DNA of 64,000 bases from Laetmonice hystrix (Eukaryota), in assembly GCA_965235115.1 (NCBI GenBank), contig OZ249436.1:53818001-53882000 (forward strand), given 5' to 3'. Positions within the stretch are counted from its first letter, which is position 1. Each line of letters opens with the position of its first letter. Both the position numbers and the translations under genes were made by a program. The notes below the pieces were generated by a model, which saw only the letters and a program-made list of their open reading frames with translations, was not told the origin of the DNA and made no database searches. Of this stretch, positions 37,067-49,400 are shown piece after piece.

Positions 37067-37226
37067 CCTTTTTTATCCGCACTAAAGGTCATTTAACGCG
37101 TAAATAACGCAAAATTTCGTAACTAAACGCCCGCTTTACTAGTTATGCAACGGTTTAACGCGTTTTTCGTTGATTAACGCGTTTTACACCTTAGCGAGCG
37201 CACAAACTTAGTTATGAAACGGGCTC
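37067..37226 (-). mobile_element. Truncated third copy (terminal ~160 bp) of the same Harbinger element, head-to-tail with copy 2
   Basis: Matches 39487-39650 (…CATTTAACGCG…CTTAGTTATGAAACGGGCTC) and is separated from copy 2 only by CTG. Confidence 0.85.
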
Positions 37227-37229
37227 CTG

Positions 37230-39650
37230 GGGCCCGTTTCATAACTCGTTAAGAAAATGCGTTAATTAGTACGCGCTCGTTTATATACTAGCGCGAAGTT
37301 TAACGCATTTTGCGTAACGCCGTTTCATAACTCGTAAAATAATCGCGCGTAAAAAGATGTACGTTGGGTTCGTTAATATACGCATTCGTGATTTAACGCT
37401 GAAAAGGCCGCTTGTGCTTGCGAAAAATATTAAATTTAGAGATCATACCAGGGCTGCGCCACCAATCACCACCTTGCGGTTCGATTGCGTACTACAAGAT
37501 TTATTAGAAGATTATCAGCTTAAGTAGGCCACAATCATCCCCAAAATGTTCTAGTGTGAAGAGGTGAGTATAATGCTTAGTAGTGCAATCTCGTACATTT
37601 CGTCAGAGGACGCGGATGTGAAAGGAGAGGAGCGTTCTTTCCAGAATAATATATTGTCATCAGGTTTTAGTCATGCGCCCCCAATAGTCATCTCTGAATC
37701 TGTGTTATGATAATTTTGATTACTGTTATTTTGTAGCGCCAACGCTTACGGGCCAAGTTTTGGTGAAAAAGGATTCACAAACACAGGGGCTCACCTCCGT
37801 TGTGCCAGGTGTGGGAACCGAGGGGTAGGGGCAAGGTGGCGATTCCCCAACTTTGTATTGGCGAAATATCGTTTCGCCCCAATCTAATTAACATTAGTTA
37901 TTGGTATTCCGCTTCTATATCGGTTGTGCCAGTGCTGTCTCCGCTCCATACCTATATAGTATGGAACACATGCGATGTAAACTGCCAAGACTCCCATTCA
38001 TAGATTACTGTTCTCGTAGTTGTTTTAGCTCAATGGTGAAAGTGTCAAGACACATTGCACAAGGTATTTGGGTTCGAACCCTGTTCGAACTATCGTTTTT
38101 CTTTGCTCTCATAGCCACATCCGGGTATTTTGTATCATGTGACCCTTTTTCCTGGCATATCATTAAACCGCGCATTTGGCAGACTGAGGCCTAACGTCAA
38201 CTAATGCAGACCGTACTGTTTATAATCTACGGACCCACACAGAAATAAGTTTATATATTCGGTTTATCTCTTTCTCATGTATTTTCGTATTGGGTCTAGT
38301 CAATTTATCAAATGTTATTACGGGTTATATTTATTGTATATTCGTCGGTTTCAGTTTTCGAACCTACAACTGCTATACTCATAACTACAACGACAACTGC
38401 TACAACGAGATATGACACGGTTGTACCGATGAACGAATAAAGGAGTGTCGAAACAATGATGTGGTCCATTCTTAAATAGACGCAACTACATGCGATATAA
38501 CTAAGCTCTCATTTTAATTAGATTGAGTTTCGCCCCCTCCCTATTATTTGCCAGTTATATTTTAATAACAGAGATATGCCACTGCCAGGAAACCAAAAAT
38601 GGATTCCAAGCATCACAATATTATGATGTCCTATTCAGTGGCAGCAGTAAGGAGACAAAGTTTACTTGTTGGTGCATATTTGATGAAGGCACTGCATGCA
38701 GTAATGCGGGCGGGGGGCGGTCCAGGATTTTGTAACGGGGGGTTCAGAGGTAAAATTTGCTAAGGGGGAGGGGTCAGCACGGTCAATTCAGATGTTCTAT
38801 CGGGGGAAAAGAGACATTGGTTGACAAGGGGGCTTTGAAACCCCGACCCCACCCCCCTGGCGCTTTGCCGGGCCATGCCCCAGTCTCCCCCCCCTTCCCC
38901 TTCAATGAAAATATGGTTCCCACGCCTATGGTCCCTATCCTAAAAGGAAACGAACCAAGCGTTGCTAAAATTTAAATACAAATATATGTGTTGGTGACAC
39001 GAACTGTATGTAGTGTGTTCATTAATTGCAAGAAAATATATTATCTAAATGTTTGAATGACAGGTTCTCTGGTATGAAAACCGCGATGATTCATTGTCTG
39101 CCCCCTGTCTCCTTGTTGAGCCTCTGCTACATGACGGCTAGATAGAGAGGAGGAGGCATGTATAATTATTGGTATCCCGCGATTAATTGCAAAATTGTGA
39201 AGACATGTTATTGCCAATACAATCCTATACTAGATGTCCCCGGGTCACTCTGGTACCCCCATGCACTGCCATCAAGACATCTGTGAATAATGAGAAATAT
39301 TTCATGTCATATAATATATGACATAAAATCTTCATTATCCACAATATCAGGATTTTGGATGGCATTACGTTGGTATTGCACTGTCCTAGCCGCCATATTT
39401 GTTGCTGTGCTCAGTGTAAATAATGTGTTAATTAACGATACTATCGTTAATTAGCGATAAATCAGTTTACGAAGACTTAATCCGCACCTTTTTCATCCGC
39501 GCTAAAAAAATCCATTTAACGCGGAAATAACGCAAAATTTCGCAAGTAAACGCCCGCTTTACTAGTTATGCAACGGTTTAACGCGTTTTTCGTCGATTAA
39601 CCGCGTTTTAGACCTTAGCGAGCGCACCAACTTAGTTATGAAACGGGCCC
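37230..39650 (-). mobile_element. Non-autonomous PIF/Harbinger element, copy 2 (inverted relative to copy 1)
   Basis: Reverse-complement match to 29219-31829 along its length, with the same TIRs; flanked by CTG (37227-37229) and CGG (39651-39653). Confidence 0.92.
37977..38496 (+). mobile_element. ~520-bp segment with tRNA-derived portion, present in Harbinger copy 2 but not copy 1
   Basis: Bounded by direct repeat ACATGCGAT (37968-37976 and 38488-38496); contains A-box TAGCTCAATGGT and B-box GGGTTCGAACCC at ~38026-38081. Confidence 0.65.
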
Positions 39651-40472
39651 CGGGTGCATTTTGGAACACAAAATAAGGTATATGATTAAAAAGTGGGGGG
39701 GGGTCCCCCTGGCCCCGCCTTTCCTACGCCCCTGTATAGTACTATGTGATGTCTATAGGCCTAGGCCTAATATAATATCAATCTTTTCTAAGGACTTAGT
39801 ATTGGGGGGGGGGGAACATACTCTGCCCCCTCCATTTCCTTATTGGGGGCATAGCTCCCTTTTCCTACGCCACTGTAAGTAAAGGATTGTAATTAGACAT
39901 GGCTATAGGGCTTTACCTCCGATATAGTTAGCTCGTGTCTATTATTGTTTATTAACGCGGTTCCAACCTGTCAGGCGGAATGTTATTCATTCAGTTCGGA
40001 TCATGAGCACGACTTCTACTTCTTGTAACTTCTACTTAGATATGTCAAATGTCGACAGATTTACGAAGGACGTCCATTTTCCCATTAGGTCTCTCTTATA
40101 TTGGACAGGTAAGGTCCCTCGAAAAGATTAAGCACTGCAATTTGTCGCTCACATTGTGGAAAAACCTTTCCGTGACCCAGGTCGGCCATATTCCCGGGGG
40201 TAGGCTACACAGGAAAACAATCACAAAGCCTAATCCAGGGAGACAGCAAATGCACATGAACGCTCACATTTCGTTCGTTGATAAGCGTTGTAATTATCTG
40301 GGATACTGTTTGTGCCGTACACCTACACAATTTGTGCACAAAGAAACAAGAAATGTTGGATTGTATCGGTTCCTTACAAAAGCTGCATAAAGTAGAACCT
40401 TTCTTCCTGCTTATAAATAACCATTCATTACAGGGTTTCATTCTATGAATGATTTTATATTGAAATGTTTGG

Positions 40473-43400
40473 ACGGAGAGACTGCTCCTAGGACGGTCCG
40501 TGAATTCTCACGGAGAGACTGCTCCTAGGACGGTCAGTGAATTCTCACGGAGAGACTGCTCCTAGGACAGCAGTGAATTCTCACGGAGAGACTGCTCCTA
40601 GGACGGTCAGTGAATTCTCACGGAGAGACTGCTCCTAGGACGGTCAGTGAATTCTCACGGAGAGACTGCTCCTAGGACAGCAGTGAATTCTCACGGAGAG
40701 ACTGCTCCTAGGACAGCAGTGAATTCTCACGACGAGACTGCTCCTAGGACGGTCAGTGAATTCTCACGGAGAGACTGCTCCTAGGACGGTCAGTGAATTC
40801 TCGCGGAGAGACTGCTCCTAGGACAGCAGTGAATTCTCACGGAGAGACTGCTCCTAGGACGGTCAGTGAATTCTCACGGAGAGACTGCTCCTAGGACGGT
40901 CAGTGAATTCTCAGGGAGAGACTGCTCCTAGGACAGCAGTGAATTCTTACGGAGAGACTGCTCCTAGGACGGTCAGTGAATTCTCACGGAGAGACTGCTC
41001 CTGGGACAGCAGTGAATTCTCACGGAGAGACTGCTCCTAGGACGGTCAGTGAATTCTCACGGAGAGACTGCCACTGAAGACAGTACTCCGGGAGAGACTG
41101 CTCCTAGGACGGTCAGTGAATTCTCACGGAGAGACTGCTCCTAGGACGGTCAGTAAATTCTCACGGAGAGACTGCTCATAGGACGGTCAGTGAATTCTCA
41201 CGGAGAGACTGCTCCTAGGACGGTCAGTAAATTCTCACGGAGAGACTGCTCATAGGACGGTCAGTGAATTCTCACGGAGAGGCTGCTCCTAGGACGGTCA
41301 GTGAATTCTCACGGAGAGACTGCTCCTAGGACGGTCAGTGAATTCTCACGGAGAGACTGCTCCTAGGACGGTCAGTGAATTCTCACGGAGAGACTGCTCC
41401 TAGGACGGTCAGTGAATTCTCGCGGAGAGACTGCTCATAGGACAGCAGTGAATTCTCACGGAGAGACTGCCACTGAAGACAGTACTCCGGGAGAGACTGC
41501 TCCTAGGACGGTCAGTGAATTCTCACGGAGAGACTGCTCCTAGGACGGTCAGTGAATTCTCACGGAGAGGCTGCTCCTAGGACGGTCAGTGAATTCTCAC
41601 GGAGAGACTGCTCCTAGGACAGCAGTGAATTCTCACGGAGAGACTGCTCCTAGGACAGCAGTGAATTCTCACGGAGAGACTGCTCCTAGGACGGTCAGTG
41701 AATTCTCACAGAGAGACTGCTCCTAGGACGGTCAGTGAATTCTCACGGAGAGACTGCTCCTAGGACAGCAGTGAATTCTCACGGAGAGACTGCTCCTAGG
41801 ACGGTCAGTGAATTCTCACGGAGAGACTGCTCCTAGGACAGCAGTGAATTCTCACGGAGAGACTGCTCCTAGGACAGCAGTGAATTCTCACGGAGAGACT
41901 GCCACTGAAGACAGTACTCCGGGAGAGACTGCTCCTAGGACGGTCAGTGAATTCTCACGGAGAGACTGCTCCTAGGACGGTCAGTGAATTCTCACGGAGA
42001 GGCTGCTCCTAGGACGGTCAGTGAATTCTCACGGAGAGACTGCTCCTAGGACAGCAGTGAATTCTCACGGAGAGACTGCTCCTAGGACAGCAGTGAATTC
42101 TCACGGAGAGACTGCTCCTAGGACGGTCAGTGAATTCTCACGGAGAGACTGCTCCTAGGACAGCAGTGAATTCTCACGGAGAGACTGCTCCTAGAACGGT
42201 CAGTGAATTCTCACGGAGAGACTGCTCCTAGGACAGCAGTGAATTCTCACGGAGAGACTGCTCCTAGGACAGCAGTGAATTCTCACGGAGAGACTGCTCC
42301 TAGGACGGTCAGTGAATTCTCACGGAGAGACTGCTCCTAGGACGGTCAGTGAATTCTCACGGAGAGGCTGCTCCTAGGACGGTCAGTGAATTCTCACGGA
42401 GAGACTGCTCCTAGGACGGTCAGTGAATTCTCACGGAGAGACTGCTCCTAGGACAGCAGTGAATTCTCACGGAGAGACTGCTCCTAGGACGGTCAGTGAA
42501 TTCTCACGGAGAGGCTGCTCTTAGGACGGTCAGTGAATTCTCACGGAGAGACTGCTCCTAGGACGGTCAGTGAATTCTCACGGAGAGGCTGCTCCTAGGA
42601 CGGTCAGTGAATTCTCACGGAGAGACTGCTCCTAGGACGGTCAGTGAATTCTCACGGAGAGACTGCTCCTAGGACGGTCAGTGAATTCTCGCGGAGAGAC
42701 TGCTCATAGGACAGCAGTGAATTCTCACGGAGAGACTGCCACTGAAGACAGTACTCCGGGAGAGACTGCTCCTAGGACGGTCAGTGAATTCTCACGGAGA
42801 GGCTGCTCCTAGGACGGTCAGTGAATTCTCACGGAGAGACTGCTCCTAGGACGGTCAGTGAATTCTCACGGAGAGACTGCTCCTAGGACAGCAGTGAATT
42901 CTCACGGAGAGACTGCTCCTAGGACGGTCAGTGAATTCTCACGGAGAGACTGCTCCTAGGACGGTCAGTGAATTCTCACGGAGAGACTGCTCCTAGGACG
43001 GTCAGTGAATTCTCACGGAGAGACTGCTCATAGGACAGCAGTGAATTCTTACGGAGAGACTGCCACTGAAGACAGTACTCCGGGAGAGACTGCTCCTAGG
43101 ACGGTCAGTGAATTCTCACGGAGAGACTGCTCCTAGGACAGCAGTGAATTCTCACGGCGAGACTGCTCCTAGGACAGCAGTGAATTCTCACGGAGAGACT
43201 GCTCCTAGGACGGTCAGTGAATTCTCACGGAGAGACTGCTCCTAGGACAGCAGTGAATTCTCACGGAGAGACTGCTCCTAGGACGGTCAGTGAATTCTCA
43301 CGGAGAGACTGCTCCTAGGACAGCAGTGAATTCTCACGGAGAGACTGCTCCTAGGACAGCAGTGAATTCTCACGACGAGACTGCTCCTAGGACGGTCAGT

Positions 43401-46400
43401 GAATTCTCACGGAGAGACTGCTCCTAGGACGGTCAGTGAATTCTCGCGGAGAGACTGCTCCTAGGACAGCAGTGAATTCTCACGGAGAGACTGCTCCTAG
43501 GACGGTCAGTGAATTCTCACGGAGAGACTGCTCCTAGGACGGTCAGTGAATTCTCAGGGAGAGACTGCTCCTAGGACAGCAGTGAATTCTTACGGAGAGA
43601 CTGCTCCTAGGACGGTCAGTGAATTCTCACGGAGAGACTGCTCCTGGGACAGCAGTGAATTCTCACGGAGAGACTGCTCCTAGGACGGTCAGTGAATTCT
43701 CACGGAGAGACTGCCACTGAAGACAGTACTCCGGGAGAGACTGCTCCTAGGACGGTCAGTGAATTCTCACGGAGAGACTGCTCCTAGGACGGTCAGTAAA
43801 TTCTCACGGAGAGACTGCTCATAGGACGGTCAGTGAATTCTCACGGAGAGACTGCTCCTAGGACGGTCAGTAAATTCTCACGGAGAGACTGCTCATAGGA
43901 CGGTCAGTGAATTCTCACGGAGAGGCTGCTCCTAGGACGGTCAGTGAATTCTCACGGAGAGACTGCTCCTAGGACGGTCAGTGAATTCTCACGGAGAGAC
44001 TGCTCCTAGGACGGTCAGTGAATTCTCACGGAGAGACTGCTCCTAGGACGGTCAGTGAATTCTCGCGGAGAGACTGCTCATAGGACAGCAGTGAATTCTC
44101 ACGGAGAGACTGCCACTGAAGACAGTACTCCGGGAGAGACTGCTCCTAGGACGGTCAGTGAATTCTCACGGAGAGACTGCTCCTAGGACGGTCAGTGAAT
44201 TCTCACGGAGAGGCTGCTCCTAGGACGGTCAGTGAATTCTCACGGAGAGACTGCTCCTAGGACAGCAGTGAATTCTCACGGAGAGACTGCTCCTAGGACA
44301 GCAGTGAATTCTCACGGAGAGACTGCTCCTAGGACGGTCAGTGAATTCTCACGGAGAGACTGCTCCTAGGACGGTCAGTGAATTCTCACGGAGAGACTGC
44401 TCCTAGGACAGCAGTGAATTCTCACGGAGAGACTGCTCCTAGGACGGTCAGTGAATTCTCACGGAGAGACTGCTCCTAGGACAGCAGTGAATTCTCACGG
44501 AGAGACTGCTCCTAGGACAGCAGTGAATTCTCACGACGAGACTGCTCCTAGGACGGTCAGTGAATTCTCACGGAGAGACTGCTCCTAGGACGGTCAGTGA
44601 ATTCTCACGGAGAGGCTGCTCCTAGGACGGTCAGTGAATTCTCACGGAGAGACTGCTCCTAGGACGGTCAGTGAATTCTCACGGAGAGACTGCTCCTAGG
44701 ACAGCAGTGAATTCTCACGGAGAGACTGCTCCTAGGACGGTCAGTGAATTCTCACGGAGAGGCTGCTCTTAGGACGGTCAGTGAATTCTCACGGAGAGAC
44801 TGCTCCTAGGACGGTCAGTGAATTCTCACGGAGAGGCTGCTCCTAGGACGGTCAGTGAATTCTCACGGAGAGACTGCTCCTAGGACGGTCAGTGAATTCT
44901 CACGGAGAGACTGCTCCTAGGACGGTCAGTGAATTCTCGCGGAGAGACTGCTCATAGGACAGCAGTGAATTCTCACGGAGAGACTGCCACTGAAGACAGT
45001 ACTCCGGGAGAGACTGCTCCTAGGACGGTCAGTGAATTCTCACGGAGAGGCTGCTCCTAGGACGGTCAGTGAATTCTCACGGAGAGACTGCTCCTAGGAC
45101 GGTCAGTGAATTCTCACGGAGAGACTGCTCCTAGGACAGCAGTGAATTCTCACGGAGAGACTGCTCCTAGGACGGTCAGTGAATTCTCACGGAGAGACTG
45201 CTCCTAGGACGGTCAGTGAATTCTCACGGAGAGACTGCTCCTAGGACGGTCAGTGAATTCTCACGGAGAGACTGCTCCTAGGACAGCAGTGAATTCTCAC
45301 GGAGAGACTGCTCCTAGGACGGTCAGTGAATTCTCACGGAGAGGCTGCTCCTAGGACGGTCAGTGAATTCTCACGGAGAGACTGCTCCTAGGACGGTCAG
45401 TGAATTCTCACGGAGAGACTGCTCCTAGGACAGCAGTGAATTCTCACGGAGAGACTGCTCCTAGGACGGTCAGTGAATTCTCACGGAGAGGCTGCTCCTA
45501 GGACGGTCAGTGAATTCTCACGGAGAGACTGCTCCTAGGACGGTCAGTGAATTCTCACGGAGAGGCTGCTCCTAGGACGGTCAGTGAATTCTCACGGAGA
45601 GACTGCTCCTAGGACGGTCAGTGAATTCTCACGGAGAGACTGCTCCTAGGACGGTCAGTGAATTCTCGCGGAGAGACTGCTCATAGGACAGCAGTGAATT
45701 CTCACGGAGAGACTGCCACTGAAGACAGTACTCCGGGAGAGACTGCTCCTAGGACGGTCAGTGAATTCTCACGGAGAGACTGCTCCTAGGACGGTCAGTG
45801 AATTCTCACGGAGAGGCTGCTCCTAGGACGGTCAGTGAATTCTCACGGAGAGACTGCTCCTAGGACAGCAGTGAATTCTCACGGAGAGACTGCTCCTAGG
45901 ACAGCAGTGAATTCTCACGGAGAGACTGCTCCTAGGACGGTCAGTGAATTCTCACGGAGAGACTGCTCCTAGGACAGCAGTGAATTCTCACGGAGAGACT
46001 GCTCCTAGAACGGTCAGTGAATTCTCACGGAGAGACTGCTCCTAGGACAGCAGTGAATTCTCACGGAGAGACTGCTCCTAGGACAGCAGTGAATTCTCAC
46101 GGAGAGACTGCTCCTAGGACGGTCAGTGAATTCTCACGGAGAGACTGCTCCTAGGACGGTCAGTGAATTCTCACGGAGAGGCTGCTCCTAGGACGGTCAG
46201 TGAATTCTCACGGAGAGACTGCTCCTAGGACGGTCAGTGATTTCTTACGGAGAGACTGCTCCTAGGACGGTCAGTGAATTCTCGCGGAGAGACTGCTCAT
46301 AGGACAGCAGTGAATTCTTACGGAGAGACTGCCACTGAAGACAGTACTCCGGGAGAGACTGCTCCTAGGACGGTCAGTGAATTCTCACGGAGAGACTGCT

Positions 46401-49400
46401 CCTAGGACAGCAGTGAATTCTCACGGAGAGACTGCTCCTAGGACAGCAGTGAATTCTCACGGAGAGACTGCTCCTAGGACGGTCAGTGAATTCTCACGGA
46501 GAGACTGCTCCTAGGACAGCAGTGAATTCTCACGGAGAGACTGCTCCTAGGACGGTCAGTGAATTCTCACGGAGAGACTGCTCCTAGGACAGCAGTGAAT
46601 TCTCACGGAGAGACTGCTCCTAGGACAGCAGTGAATTCTCACGACGAGACTGCTCCTAGGACGGTCAGTGAATTCTCACGGAGAGACTGCTCCTAGGACG
46701 GTCAGTGAATTCTCGCGGAGAGACTGCTCCTAGGACAGCAGTGAATTCTCACGGAGAGACTGCTCCTAGGACGGTCAGTGAATTCTCACGGAGAGACTGC
46801 TCCTAGGACGGTCAGTGAATTCTCAGGGAGAGACTGCTCCTAGGACAGCAGTGAATTCTTACGGAGAGACTGCTCCTAGGACGGTCAGTGAATTCTCACG
46901 GAGAGACTGCTCCTGGGACAGCAGTGAATTCTCACGGAGAGACTGCTCCTAGGACGGTCAGTGAATTCTCACGGAGAGACTGCCACTGAAGACAGTACTC
47001 CGGGAGAGACTGCTCCTAGGACGGTCAGTGAATTCTCACGGAGAGACTGCTCCTAGGACGGTCAGTAAATTCTCACGGAGAGACTGCTCATAGGACGGTC
47101 AGTGAATTCTCACGGAGAGACTGCTCCTAGGACGGTCAGTAAATTCTCACGGAGAGACTGCTCATAGGACGGTCAGTGAATTCTCACGGAGAGGCTGCTC
47201 CTAGGACGGTCAGTGAATTCTCACGGAGAGACTGCTCCTAGGACGGTCAGTGAATTCTCACAGAGAGACTGCTCCTAGGACGGTCAGTGAATTCTCACGG
47301 AGAGACTGCTCCTAGGACAGCAGTTAATTCTCACGGAGAGACTGCTCCTAGGACGGTCAGTGAATTCTCACGGAGAGGCTGCTCCTAGGACGGTCAGTGA
47401 ATTCTCACGGAGAGACTGCTCCTAGGACGGTCAGTGAATTCTCACGGAGAGACTGCTCCTAGGACAGCAGTGAATTCTCACGGAGAGACTGCTCCTAGGA
47501 CGGTCAGTGAATTCTCACGGAGAGACTGCTCCTAGGACGGTCAGTGAATTCTCACGGAGAGACTGCTCCTAGGACGGTCAGTGAATTCTCACGGAGAGAC
47601 TGCTCCTAGGACAGCAGTGAATTCTCACGGAGAGACTGCTCCTAGGACGGTCAGTGAATTCTCACGGAGAGGCTGCTCCTAGGACGGTCAGTGAATTCTC
47701 ACGGAGAGACTGCTCCTAGGACGGTCAGTGAATTCTCACGGAGAGACTGCTCCTAGGACAGCAGTGAATTCTCACGGAGAGACTGCTCCTAGGACGGTCA
47801 GTGAATTCTCACGGAGAGGCTGCTCCTAGGACGGTCAGTGAATTCTCACGGAGAGACTGCTCCTAGGACGGTCAGTGAATTCTCACGGAGAGGCTGCTCC
47901 TAGGACGGTCAGTGAATTCTCACGGAGAGACTGCTCCTAGGACGGTCAGTGAATTCTCACGGAGAGACTGCTCCTAGGACGGTCAGTGAATTCTCGCGGA
48001 GAGACTGCTCATAGGACAGCAGTGAATTCTCACGGAGAGACTGCCACTGAAGACAGTACTCCGGGAGAGACTGCTCCTAGGACGGTCAGTGAATTCTCAC
48101 GGAGAGACTGCTCCTAGGACGGTCAGTGAATTCTCACGGAGAGGCTGCTCCTAGGACGGTCAGTGAATTCTCACGGAGAGACTGCTCCTAGGACAGCAGT
48201 GAATTCTCACGGAGAGACTGCTCCTAGGACAGCAGTGAATTCTCACGGAGAGACTGCTCCTAGGACGGTCAGTGAATTCTCACGGAGAGACTGCTCCTAG
48301 GACAGCAGTGAATTCTCACGGAGAGACTGCTCCTAGAACGGTCAGTGAATTCTCACGGAGAGACTGCTCCTAGGACAGCAGTGAATTCTCACGGAGAGAC
48401 TGCTCCTAGGACGGTCAGTGAATTCTCACGGAGAGGCTGCTCCTAGGACGGTCAGTGAATTCTCACGGAGAGACTGCTCCTAGGACGGTCAGTGAATTCT
48501 CACGGAGAGACTGCTCCTAGGACAGCAGTGAATTCTCACGGAGAGACTGCTCCTAGGACGGTCAGTGAATTCTCACGGAGAGGCTGCTCCTAGGACGGTC
48601 AGTGAATTCTCACGGAGAGACTGCTCCTAGGACGGTCAGTGAATTCTCACGGAGAGGCTGCTCCTAGGACGGTCAGTGAATTCTCACGGAGAGACTGCTC
48701 CTAGGACGGTCAGTGAATTCTCACGGAGAGACTGCTCCTAGGACGGTCAGTGAATTCTCGCGGAGAGACTGCTCATAGGACAGCAGTGAATTCTTACGGA
48801 GAGACTGCCACTGAAGACAGTACTCCGGGAGAGACTGCTCCTAGGACGGTCAGTGAATTCTCACGGAGAGACTGCTCCTAGGACAGCAGTGAATTCTCAC
48901 GGAGAGACTGCTCCTAGGACAGCAGTGAATTCTCACGGAGAGACTGCTCCTAGGACGGTCAGTGAATTCTCACGGAGAGACTGCTCCTAGGACAGCAGTG
49001 AATTCTCACGGAGAGACTGCTCCTAGGACGGTCAGTGAATTCTCACGGAGAGACTGCTCCTAGGACAGCAGTGAATTCTCACGGAGAGACTGCTCCTAGG
49101 ACAGCAGTGAATTCTCACGACGAGACTGCTCCTAGGACGGTCAGTGAATTCTCACGGAGAGACTGCTCCTAGGACGGTCAGTGAATTCTCGCGGAGAGAC
49201 TGCTCCTAGGACAGCAGTGAATTCTCACGGAGAGACTGCTCCTAGGACGGTCAGTGAATTCTCACGGAGAGACTGCTCCTAGGACGGTCAGTGAATTCTC
49301 AGGGAGAGACTGCTCCTAGGACAGCAGTGAATTCTTACGGAGAGACTGCTCCTAGGACGGTCAGTGAATTCTCACGGAGAGACTGCTCCTGGGACAGCAG

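Larger units (their letters stand above)
36918..39734. mobile_element. Short hAT-like MITE (CAGGGGCGTAGGAA…TTCCTACGCCCCTG) split by the Harbinger insertions
   Basis: 14-bp TIRs at 36918 and ending 39734. The host sequence reads …GGCATCTG | insert | (CG)GGTGCATTTTGG…. The TSD is degenerate. Confidence 0.75.

Noticed and set aside
29216..39653. Single 10.4-kb composite transposon already mobilised as a unit
   Set aside because: Each copy has its own flanking triplets (CAG/CAG versus CTG/CGG), and copy 2 sits inside a separate MITE.
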